Assembly: GCA_049609145.1 (NCBI GenBank)
Contig: JBMYYF010000003.1
Location: 247,770-311,769 of the forward strand
Length of the DNA stretch: 64,000 nucleotides
Reading direction: 5' to 3'
Origin: Alphaproteobacteria bacterium
GTDB taxonomy: Bacteria; Pseudomonadota; Alphaproteobacteria; SPJN01
How positions within the stretch are numbered: position 1 is the first letter of the stretch; each line of letters begins with the position of its first letter. A program made the translations under genes and the position numbers. Below are positions 19,461 through 27,894 of the stretch, one piece after another. The notes under the pieces were generated by a model. The model did not search any database, had not been told where the DNA came from, and was given only the letters and a program-made list of their open reading frames with translations.

Positions 19461-20042
19461 CTAGCGCCAAGTGCCCGTTTTGGTGCCTCTGGGTGCCATT
19501 TGCTTTTTCTGATATTGCGGGCTTTTCTGCAGCTTGCCATCCGCCCCGCGGCGCGTGCTGGATTTCGGGCAGGTGCTTTTAACATTCCATGTGCCACGCA
19601 CCACGTTGTCGCTATTGTCAGCATCCGTATGATATCCGGCGCTGCCACCCATAAACTTGGCTTGATAACGCACACTCCCGCCGGGGCTGCGCGAAACCTC
19701 CATATTCCGGAAGCGTACGGTTTTGGTTGTCGATGTACCGTCAAATTTTACCGTTTGCCATTTCGACTTCATCCCCTTGTCGTAACGCGAGGGATCTTCC
19801 AACCAAACATTAACGGACCCCTTTTTACTTGGCCCCGATATGGCCACAACAACATCGATCGTATTACACGAACCAGTACGCAAACTGTTTGACGACACAA
19901 TTTTTGCGCTTTTGATGGCGTAGTTTTTGTCTGACGTACTATCCTGACGGTCAACGGCCAGCGCAGGGGTTGACGTGACGGCCACACCGGCCACAAGACC
20001 AAGCGCCAAAGGTGCCGCAAGCCATTTAGATTGAATTTGCAT
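19461..20042 (-). CDS. Secreted protein of unknown function, one putative Ig/CARDB-like domain (paralog 3)
   Basis: Start MQIQSKWL; signal peptide ending ALA; GSCNTIDV, TVRFRN, DADNSDN, CP and PQYQ tail. Confidence 0.8.
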   Translation of the reverse strand: MQIQSKWLAAPLALGLVAGVAVTSTPALAVDRQDSTSDKNYAIKSAKIVSSNSLRTGSCNTIDVVVAISGPSKKGSVNVWLEDPSRYDKGMKSKWQTVKFDGTSTTKTVRFRNMEVSRSPGGSVRYQAKFMGGSAGYHTDADNSDNVVRGTWNVKSTCPKSSTRRGADGKLQKSPQYQKKQMAPRGTKTGTWR

Positions 20043-20144
20043 TTTGTTTCCTTCCCTATATGCCACCCTCATTTTCATGAACTTTATGGCGTTCAAAGGG
20101 TAAGAACAAGGCCGCATTGGGAAACATTCAGGCAAAACAAAGGC
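20031..20144. repeat. Duplicated promoter/leader/start segment, copy 2
   Basis: Near-identical to 19251-19363; ends 11 bp from the metH stop codon. Confidence 0.95.
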
Positions 20145-20155
20145 AAATTACGGAT

Positions 20156-22807
20156 TTAGGCGTCGTAATTCAGGATCGGGGCCAGCCAGCGCTCTACCAC
20201 GGCCAAGTCCATGCCCTTGCGCTTGGCGTAGTCTTCCACTTGGTCTTTCTCAATCTTGCCGGTGCCGAAATATTCACTATCAGGATGCGCAAAATAAAGA
20301 CCGGACACCGCCGCGCCGGGCCACATGGCAAAGCTTTCCGTCAGCTCAATCCCTGCATTTTCGGTCGCGTTCAACAGCTTAAACAGGGTTTCTTTTTCCG
20401 TGTGGTCGGGCTGGGCGGGATAGCCCGGCGCGGGGCGAATGCCTTGATATTTCTCCAATATCAGGGCTTCGGTATCCAAACCTTCATCCGCCGCATAGCC
20501 CCAATAATCGCGCCGCACCTTGGCGTGCAGATATTCCGCAAAGGCTTCTGCCAAGCGATCGGCCAAAGCCTCACACAAAATGGCATTGTAATCATCGCCC
20601 GCTTCTTTGAAAGCATCGGCGCGTTCTTTCACGCCATGGCCTGCCGTGACCGCAAAGCCGCCAATATAGTCATCCCCTTGCGGTGCCACAAAATCCGCCA
20701 AGGCATAGTTTGCCCGGCCCGCTGAATGCACCATTTGTTGACGGATCGTGTGCAGCCGCGTGCCATCTTCCAACACAATGTCATCGCCATCGGAGTTTGC
20801 TTTCCACAAACCCGCAACACCTTTGGCGGTGAACCATTTCTCTGCCACGATTTGCTTCAGCATCGCCTGCGCATCTTCATAAAGCGGCTTGGCGGCTTCC
20901 CCCACAATGGGGTCTTCCAAAATTTCGGGGAAGTGCCCGGCCAGTTCCCAGGTTGAGAAGAAAGGCGTCCAGTCAATATAGGGCACAAGGTCTTCCAACG
21001 GCACATCATCCAGCACGGTGAGGCCCAATTTCTTCGGCGTCACCGGCGCATAGGTGAGCTTGGGCGCATTGGCGCGCGCGTCGGCAATCTTTAAACGCTC
21101 TACCTGTTTGCGACCGGCCAAATGCTTTTCGCGGATGCTGTCATATTCTGACCTAATCTCCCGCGCGAAGGCATTATCATTGCTGACGGAAAGCAGGTTC
21201 TGCACCACGCCCACGGCGCGGGACGCATCCGGCACATAAACGGTTGAGCCTTCAAAACCCGGTGCCACCTTAACAGCGGTATGCACGCGGGATGTTGTTG
21301 CGCCGCCAATCAACAAAGGTTGATGGAAGCCTTCACGCTCCATCTCCTTCGCCATATGCACCATCTCATCAAGCGAGGGCGTGATAAGACCGGACAGGCC
21401 AATCACATCTACTTTTTCTTCGCGCGCGACATCCAAGATTTTTTGCGCAGGCACCATGACGCCCAGATCAATCACTTCGTAATTGTTGCACTGCAGCACA
21501 ACGCCCACGATGTTTTTGCCAATGTCATGCACATCGCCCTTCACGGTCGCGAGCAGGATTTTACCGGCAGATTGGGTTTTGCCATCATCTTCCGCCTCCA
21601 TAAACGGCATCAGATAGGCCACGGCCTTTTTCATCACCCGGGCAGATTTCACCACCTGTGGCAAAAACATTTTGCCGGAGCCGAAAAGATCCCCCACCAC
21701 ATTCATGCCGTCCATCAACGGGCCTTCAATCACATGCAAGGGGCGCTGGGCCAATTGGCGGGCCTCTTCCACATCTTCATCCACATAATCGCCAATGCCA
21801 TGCACCAGTGAATGGGTAAGCCGCGCATTCACATCGCCCTCGCGCCAGGTCAAATCCTTTTCTTTGGTTTTGGCCCCGCCGCCGCGATATTCCTCGGCAA
21901 TTTCCAGCAGGCGGTCGGTCGCGTCATCGCGCCGGTTCAGCAGCACATCTTCCACACGGTCGCGCAAATCTTTTGGAATGTCTTCATACACATCCAATTG
22001 GCCCGCATTCACAATCGCCATATCCAGCCCGGCCTGAATGCCATGATACAGAAAACAACTATGCATGGCGCGGCGCACAGGTTCGTTCCCACGGAATGAA
22101 AACGACACGTTGGACAAACCGCCGGACACGCGCGCATGGGGCAGCGTTTCCTTAATGCGCTTGGTCGCTTCAAAGAAATCCATGGCGTAATTGTTGTGTT
22201 CTTCAATGCCGGTGGCGACGGCGAAGATATTGGGATCGAAGATAATGTCTTCCGGCGCAACGCCCACTTCTTCCGTTAGGATTTTGTAGGAGCGCGTGCA
22301 GATTTCCACTTTGCGATCTGCCGTATCGGCTTGGCCGTCCTCATCAAACGCCATCACCACCATGGCGGCCCCATAGCGGCGCACTTTTTTGGCCTGTTCA
22401 ATAAATTGATCCACCCCTTCCTTCATGGAAATGGAGTTCACAACCGCCTTGCCTTGCACGCATTTCAGCCCCGCCTCAATGACAGACCACTTTGAGCTGT
22501 CGATCATTACGGGCACGCGCGCAATATCCGGCTCCGCCGCGATCAAATTCAAAAAGCGCACCATGGCGGCTTCTGAATCCAACATGCCTTCATCCATATT
22601 GATGTCGATGATCTGCGCACCGTTTTCAACTTGATCACGCGCCACCTCCACCGCTGCATCAAAATCCCCATTGGTAATGAGTTTGCGAAACTTGGCAGAG
22701 CCGGTCACATTCGTGCGCTCACCCACATTCACAAAACCCAAGGCTTCGTTCACCACCAAAGGTTCAAGGCCGGAAAGACGTAGTGGCTTCATTTTTTCAG
22801 TACTCAT
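20156..22807 (-). CDS. metH: Cobalamin-dependent methionine synthase (pterin, B12-binding and activation domains)
   Basis: [19 protein letters not shown] (B12-binding) and GIRPAPGYP motifs. Confidence 0.97.
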   Translation of the reverse strand: MSTEKMKPLRLSGLEPLVVNEALGFVNVGERTNVTGSAKFRKLITNGDFDAAVEVARDQVENGAQIIDINMDEGMLDSEAAMVRFLNLIAAEPDIARVPVMIDSSKWSVIEAGLKCVQGKAVVNSISMKEGVDQFIEQAKKVRRYGAAMVVMAFDEDGQADTADRKVEICTRSYKILTEEVGVAPEDIIFDPNIFAVATGIEEHNNYAMDFFEATKRIKETLPHARVSGGLSNVSFSFRGNEPVRRAMHSCFLYHGIQAGLDMAIVNAGQLDVYEDIPKDLRDRVEDVLLNRRDDATDRLLEIAEEYRGGGAKTKEKDLTWREGDVNARLTHSLVHGIGDYVDEDVEEARQLAQRPLHVIEGPLMDGMNVVGDLFGSGKMFLPQVVKSARVMKKAVAYLMPFMEAEDDGKTQSAGKILLATVKGDVHDIGKNIVGVVLQCNNYEVIDLGVMVPAQKILDVAREEKVDVIGLSGLITPSLDEMVHMAKEMEREGFHQPLLIGGATTSRVHTAVKVAPGFEGSTVYVPDASRAVGVVQNLLSVSNDNAFAREIRSEYDSIREKHLAGRKQVERLKIADARANAPKLTYAPVTPKKLGLTVLDDVPLEDLVPYIDWTPFFSTWELAGHFPEILEDPIVGEAAKPLYEDAQAMLKQIVAEKWFTAKGVAGLWKANSDGDDIVLEDGTRLHTIRQQMVHSAGRANYALADFVAPQGDDYIGGFAVTAGHGVKERADAFKEAGDDYNAILCEALADRLAEAFAEYLHAKVRRDYWGYAADEGLDTEALILEKYQGIRPAPGYPAQPDHTEKETLFKLLNATENAGIELTESFAMWPGAAVSGLYFAHPDSEYFGTGKIEKDQVEDYAKRKGMDLAVVERWLAPILNYDA

Positions 22808-22828
22808 AATTCTTCACTTACCTAAAGT

Positions 22829-22920
22829 GCCATGCCGGGCCCAGACCTTCTGGGGATGGGACCCGGCATCCAGTCTGACTGGACCCCGGCTCGCGGTCTA
22901 ACGACCTTGGCCGGGGTGAC
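22829..22920. repeat. REP-like composite palindromic element
   Basis: GCCATGCCGGG...CCCGGCATCCAG-tctga-CTGGACCCCGGCT...GGCCGGGGTGAC, the twin-hairpin form of the GTCA...TGAC alphaproteobacterial intergenic repeats. Confidence 0.65.
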
Positions 22921-22930
22921 GTTTGTTTTC

Positions 22931-23995
22931 CTAAGCTGCCAGCGCCACACGGCTGCGGGGTTTAACCCCGTCAACCGCTTTGGCAATAGCCGCAATATGA
23001 TCCGGCGTGGTGCCACAGCAACCGCCCACAATGTTGAGCAAGCCGCTTTCCGCCCATTCTTTAATATGTGCGGCCATATCTTCCGGTGTCAGGTCATAAC
23101 CGCCAAACTCATTCGGCAGGCCCGCATTGGGATGGGCAGAGATCAAGGCCGTATCTGCCACGCCATCCAGTTCCACCACATATTGGCGCAGCTCCTTCGG
23201 GCCAAGCGCGCAATTGAGCCCAACCGAAAGCGGCTGCGTATGCGCGATGGAGGTCCAAAAAGCCGGGGCCGTTTGGCCGGAAAGGAAACGACCGGACAGA
23301 TCCGTAATAGTGCCAGAGATCATGATCGGCAACCGAATGCCATAGGCTTCAAACACTTCCTCAATCGCAAACAGTGCCGCCTTGGCGTTCAATGTATCGA
23401 AGATGGTTTCCACCAACAGCAAATCTGCGCCGCCATCAATCAGGCCGCATGTTTCTTCCACATAGGCTTCTACCAAGCCATCAAAGGTAATGTCGCGAAA
23501 CCCCGGATCGTTCACATCGGGACTGATGGAGGCCGTTTTGTTGGTCGGCCCGATAGAGCCTGCCACGAAACGCGCCTTGCCCGTTTCTTGGCCCACCGCA
23601 TCACACACCTCGCGCGCAACCTCTGCGCCTGCCTTATTGATAAGATAGGCATGTTGCTCCAACCCGTAATCGGCCTGCGCGATAGAGGTGCCGGAAAACG
23701 TATTGGTTTCAATAATGTCCGCACCCGCTTCCAAATAGCGACGGTGAATTTCCTTCAACACATCAGGCCGCGTGAGTTGGATCAAGTCATTATTGCCTTT
23801 GAGGTCATGATTGTGACCGCGAAAAATCTCGCCGCGAAAGTCATCTTCGCTCAGATTGTATGATTGGATGAGTGACCCCATGGCGCCATCCAGCACCACA
23901 ATGCGTTCGGCCAAGGCGGCGTTCAAATCTTCAAGCCGCTTCAAACGCGCTGCATTTGTTGCTTCAAAATCATCCGGTTTATTGATCGTGCTCAT
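22931..23995 (-). CDS. metH: Methionine synthase homocysteine-binding (S-methyltransferase) subunit
   Basis: LDGAMG, ETNTF, GLNCALG and GGCCGT Zn-binding motifs; separate N-terminal half of MetH. Confidence 0.95.
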   Translation of the reverse strand: MSTINKPDDFEATNAARLKRLEDLNAALAERIVVLDGAMGSLIQSYNLSEDDFRGEIFRGHNHDLKGNNDLIQLTRPDVLKEIHRRYLEAGADIIETNTFSGTSIAQADYGLEQHAYLINKAGAEVAREVCDAVGQETGKARFVAGSIGPTNKTASISPDVNDPGFRDITFDGLVEAYVEETCGLIDGGADLLLVETIFDTLNAKAALFAIEEVFEAYGIRLPIMISGTITDLSGRFLSGQTAPAFWTSIAHTQPLSVGLNCALGPKELRQYVVELDGVADTALISAHPNAGLPNEFGGYDLTPEDMAAHIKEWAESGLLNIVGGCCGTTPDHIAAIAKAVDGVKPRSRVALAA

Positions 23996-24151
23996 GTCGC
24001 ACCTCCTTCCTTATAGCGAAGCAGATTTTCTCATTCCTGAAAATCTGATCGCGGTAGCCCGCGACTGCGGGCCGCGCACAGTTGCGCGCCCTCGCGGAGC
24101 CGTTCAGCTTTGCTGAACTGGCGTGAGCGATAATGGCTGAACCCGGCTGTT

Positions 24152-25063
24152 TCATTTTGAAACCGCCGGGCGAAGCCCTAATATATGGCAGATGGCGTAG
24201 ACCAGATCTGCCCTGTTCAATGTATAGAAGTGAAAGTCCGTTACGCCATGGGCCGCCAAGTCGCGCACTTGGTCTGCGGCCACTGTTGCGGCCACCAGCT
24301 TACGGGTGCCTATGTCGTCATCCAGCCCTTCGTAAAGGTCGCCAAGCCATTGGGGCACACTGGCCCCGGCTTGGGTCGCAAAGCGGCTTACCTGCTTATA
24401 GTTCTGCACCGGCATCACGCCAGGCACAATCGGCACGGTGATACCATGGGCGCGCGCACGTTCTACAAAGTCCACATATAGATGTGTATCGAAAAAGAAC
24501 TGGGTGATGGCGCGGTTGGCCCCCGCCTCCACCTTGGCTTTCAAATTATCCAACTCCACATCCCAGCCAGCGCTGTCAGGATGCGTCTCTGGATAGCACG
24601 CCACCGATATATCCATGTTTGGTTGGCGCGCCTTGATGCCCGCCACCAGATCCGCCGCATTTTTATATCCTTGCGGGTGCGGTTCGTAATGGGTCGCGCC
24701 TTCGGGCGCGTCACCACGCAAAGCGACCAGATGGTTCACACCTTCTTCAGCGTAGTTGTCAATCACCTCGTTCACTTCATCTTTTGAAGCCCCCACACAG
24801 GTGAGATGGCTGGCGGGCTTCAAATCCGTTTCCGTCAAAATGCGGTGCACGGTGCGATGGGTCCGCTCGCGCGTCGAGCCACCGGCGCCATATGTCACCG
24901 ACACGAAGTTTGGGTTCAACGGTGCCAATCGCTGGATGGATTGCCACAGCGTTTCTTCCATTGCCGGGGTGTTTGGCGGGAAGAATTCGAACGAAATGTT
25001 CAGCTTGTCAGCGCTCAAGGGCTGAAACGCACTAAAACGTTCCCGAAACTCTGCTTTCTTCAT
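24152..25063 (-). CDS. metF: 5,10-methylenetetrahydrofolate reductase
   Basis: SFEFFPP, SVTYGAGGST, HLTCV, ITQFFF and FHFYTLN motifs. Confidence 0.97.
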   Translation of the reverse strand: MKKAEFRERFSAFQPLSADKLNISFEFFPPNTPAMEETLWQSIQRLAPLNPNFVSVTYGAGGSTRERTHRTVHRILTETDLKPASHLTCVGASKDEVNEVIDNYAEEGVNHLVALRGDAPEGATHYEPHPQGYKNAADLVAGIKARQPNMDISVACYPETHPDSAGWDVELDNLKAKVEAGANRAITQFFFDTHLYVDFVERARAHGITVPIVPGVMPVQNYKQVSRFATQAGASVPQWLGDLYEGLDDDIGTRKLVAATVAADQVRDLAAHGVTDFHFYTLNRADLVYAICHILGLRPAVSK

Positions 25064-25108
25064 TTTTTTCAGTTTCCAACTTCAGTTTTTTCAGCCCGTT
25101 CTGGGCCG

Positions 25109-26065
25109 TTATTTCGATTTATCGGCACACCAAACCGTGACGGTCAGTGGCTGTTTTTGTGCCCCCTTATTGGTATTTGGGGGCGTAAGGTATAAGGGGT
25201 CATGCAGGGTAAGCCCTGCCATTTTCAATGGTTCCTGAATTTCAGCATCCGCAAAGCCCAACCGCCTATGTGCTTGATTTTCCCTAAGAAATTCAAGGTC
25301 GTGCGGAGCAAAGTCAGCGATAATCAGGCGGCCGCCCGGCGCCAAAGTGCGCGCTGCTTCCCGTATTGCGGCCTGTGGCCGGTCCAGATAATGCAGCACT
25401 TGGTGTAGGGTGATCAGATCGAACTCACCGCCTTCAAAGGGCAGCGCGAAAAGGTCGGCGCGGCGCACCTGACAATGGCTAAGCCCTTGACTTTCCAACT
25501 TAAATCGCGCCAACGCCAGCATCTCGGAGCTAAGGTCTACGCCAATGCCCAGTTCAATCTGGCCCGCGAAGATCTCCAAAATGCGGCCCGTGCCGGTGCC
25601 GATATCCAGCAGCTTTTGCGGCCTAAGTCCTTGAGATTTCTTAAGAAATGCAGCCTCTACCGCCTCGTCTGCCACATGCAGCGCGCGCAACTCGTCCCAG
25701 GCATTGGCGTTCTCTGCAAAATAGTCCTGAGCTTTTTGGGCGCGTTCCTCAATCACTTGTTGCAGCCGGTCGAGGTCGCGAGAAATTTCCGGATCTTCCT
25801 TTGGAATCAAGGGGATAAGCTGTTCGCTCAGGCCCTGATCGGTGGCCCGGTAGAACGCCCAAGTACCCTCTGAGAACCGTCGAATCAGCCCCGCCTCTAC
25901 CAGTAATTTCAAGTGGCGGCTTACCCGCGGTTGGCTTTGGCCCAAGATTTGCGTCAGCTCCGTCACCGTCAGTTCGTGATCTGCCAACAACGCCAGCACC
26001 CGCAGGCGCGTGGGCTCACCCGCTGCTTTCAAGCCATTTATCAGTGCTTCTGCCGTTGTCATCAC
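25109..26065 (-). CDS. sahR: SahR-type regulator (ArsR HTH fused to SAM-binding methyltransferase domain)
   Basis: GEPTRLR...QSQPRVSRHLKLL HTH plus LLDIGTGTG; lies upstream of metF and metH. Confidence 0.88.
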   Translation of the reverse strand: MMTTAEALINGLKAAGEPTRLRVLALLADHELTVTELTQILGQSQPRVSRHLKLLVEAGLIRRFSEGTWAFYRATDQGLSEQLIPLIPKEDPEISRDLDRLQQVIEERAQKAQDYFAENANAWDELRALHVADEAVEAAFLKKSQGLRPQKLLDIGTGTGRILEIFAGQIELGIGVDLSSEMLALARFKLESQGLSHCQVRRADLFALPFEGGEFDLITLHQVLHYLDRPQAAIREAARTLAPGGRLIIADFAPHDLEFLRENQAHRRLGFADAEIQEPLKMAGLTLHDPLYLTPPNTNKGAQKQPLTVTVWCADKSK

Positions 26066-26112
26066 GCTCTCCTTGAGTGATTTGTACGACCCTGTGCATA
26101 TTTAGTCAATAT

Positions 26113-26128
26113 ATAAACATATCTTTAT
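26113..26128. promoter_or_regulatory. Putative SahR operator
   Basis: Palindrome ATAAACAT-ATCTTTAT (1 mismatch) next to a TTGACT -35-like hexamer (26104-26109, minus strand). Confidence 0.7.
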
Positions 26129-26395
26129 CTAATAAATCGAATTGATCCCTCTTTTGCCGCAAACCCGCTTGTGCTAAGCGTTTTCACCTTGGGTGGTGTT
26201 GGGGCTGAGACACACATTCCTAATCAAATGCTGGATCACGCATCACAGATATTGACAGTTGCGTGAAGTCGGCACATTTGTGGGCGTAATCGCCTATGAT
26301 GGAATTGTCGGTATCACGATTTCAACATAGGCTGACCAACTTATGGCCTTATTCAAGGTCATGCTGTGAGGGTATCAATGGTGCGGGTGTTTCTT

Positions 26396-27184
26396 ATGCA
26401 AGCAGGCATAAAACGTAATATAGTCAAAGCGTTAAGCGTGGCGGTGTTGGGCCTTGGCCTAACCGCCTGCGCCTCTATGCCTGACCGGAATGATCAAGTG
26501 GCTGTTGCACAATATGAGCAAGCCAATGACCCGTTCGAGCCTGCCAACCGTGCCATATTCGGCTTCAACCAAGCGATTGATGGCGCTGTACTGCGCCCTG
26601 CCGCCGAAGCCTATCGCAGCCTGCTGCCCGATGAAGTGCGTGGCGGCATTCGTAATTTCATCAATAATCTTGGGTCCCCTCTGATTTTTGCGAACGACAT
26701 TCTGCAATTCGACCTTGGCCGCGCCAGCACAACATTTGTGCGCTTTGTGCTGAATTCCACCATCGGGATCGCGGGTCTGATGGATCCTGCAACAGATATG
26801 GGGTTTGAGCGGCACGAGGAAGATCTGGGGCAAACCTTGGGCGTATGGGGCTTTGGCGAAGGCCCGTTCCTGATGGCGCCTTTCCTTGGGCCGATGCCCC
26901 TGCGCGATGCCATTGGCTTTGGCGTGCAAACATACTTCAATCCAGTTAATCTTTATCTGGATCGCATCGGCGAAGATTGGGCGATGTACGCCCTGTTTGC
27001 GGTTGATGCCGTTGATGCCCGTTCGCGCAACATAGAAACCTTTGATGAGATCGAGCGCACCGCAATTGATCTCTACGCTACGGTACGTACCGGCTATCGG
27101 CAGGCCCGCAACAATGCAATTCGCAACGGCGCGACTGATCCGAATGCCGGTAACTCTGCCGAAGATTTTGATTTCGACTTTTAA
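26396..27184 (+). CDS. mlaA: VacJ/MlaA lipoprotein
   Basis: LTAC lipobox; DPFEPANR, NSTIGIAG and EDLGQTLG motifs; exact start uncertain. Confidence 0.93.
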   Translation: MQAGIKRNIVKALSVAVLGLGLTACASMPDRNDQVAVAQYEQANDPFEPANRAIFGFNQAIDGAVLRPAAEAYRSLLPDEVRGGIRNFINNLGSPLIFANDILQFDLGRASTTFVRFVLNSTIGIAGLMDPATDMGFERHEEDLGQTLGVWGFGEGPFLMAPFLGPMPLRDAIGFGVQTYFNPVNLYLDRIGEDWAMYALFAVDAVDARSRNIETFDEIERTAIDLYATVRTGYRQARNNAIRNGATDPNAGNSAEDFDFDF

Positions 27185-27203
27185 CCCATTTTAAGGAGCA
27201 GGT

Positions 27204-27827
27204 TTGATGTTTTCCCTCACACGCAGAACCTTCACCCGTCTGGCAACCGGCGTGGCATTTGCCTTGGCACTGCCTGCCGTTGCTTTCGCCGGCCAATCGC
27301 CCGAGGCCGAAACCTTTATCCAAAATCTAGCGGATGAAGCTGTCACAATATTGTCAGACAAGAATATCAGTGAAGCTGAAAAAATTAGCCGCTTTGATGT
27401 GATCCTGTCACGCGATGTGGACATGGGCCGTGTTGGCCGCTTTGTGCTTGGCCGCTATTGGCGCGGCCTGCCCGAAGCAGAGCTGAACACCTATCTGGAA
27501 ACTTATCAGGATTACCTGATCCACTCCAACGCAGCCCGCCTGTCGGCCTATGCGGGCGACAAGATCGTTGTAAAGAACTCCGTGCCTGATGCGCGCGACC
27601 AATTTATCGTGCAAAGCGAAGTGCCCAATGATCAAGGCTCACCATTCAAAATTGATTGGCGTGTGCGCGTAAAAGACGGTGAAATGAAAGTGGTTGATAT
27701 CATCGTCGAAGGCATCTCTATGGCGCTGACGCAGCGTGATGAATTTGCAGGCATTATGCAGCGCAGCGGTGGCAAAATTGATCCACTGATGGTGCGTATG
27801 AAAAAGGTGATTGGTAACGACGCCTAA
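27204..27827 (+). CDS. mlaC: MlaC/Ttg2D phospholipid-binding protein
   Basis: FVLGRYWR and DIIVEGISM...QRDEF motifs; N-terminal export signal. Confidence 0.9.
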   Translation: MMFSLTRRTFTRLATGVAFALALPAVAFAGQSPEAETFIQNLADEAVTILSDKNISEAEKISRFDVILSRDVDMGRVGRFVLGRYWRGLPEAELNTYLETYQDYLIHSNAARLSAYAGDKIVVKNSVPDARDQFIVQSEVPNDQGSPFKIDWRVRVKDGEMKVVDIIVEGISMALTQRDEFAGIMQRSGGKIDPLMVRMKKVIGNDA

Positions 27828-27846
27828 TAGAACAGCCTATAAAGAC

Positions 27847-27884
27847 AAAAAGCCCCGACCATGAACTTCATGGCCGGGGCTTTT
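27847..27884. terminator. Bidirectional intrinsic terminator
   Basis: AAAAAGCCCCGACCATGAA-c-TTCATGGCCGGGGCTTTTT between convergent genes. Confidence 0.88.
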
Positions 27885-27894
27885 TCGTTAAACC

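Noticed and set aside
19251-20144. CRISPR array, IS ends or integron attC sites
   Set aside because: Only two direct copies, which include the RBS and start codons. No spacers, inverted termini, attC palindrome, cas, transposase or integrase.
20156-23995. metH pseudogene or frameshift
   Set aside because: Both halves are intact, break at a domain boundary and have their own starts; split MetH is established.
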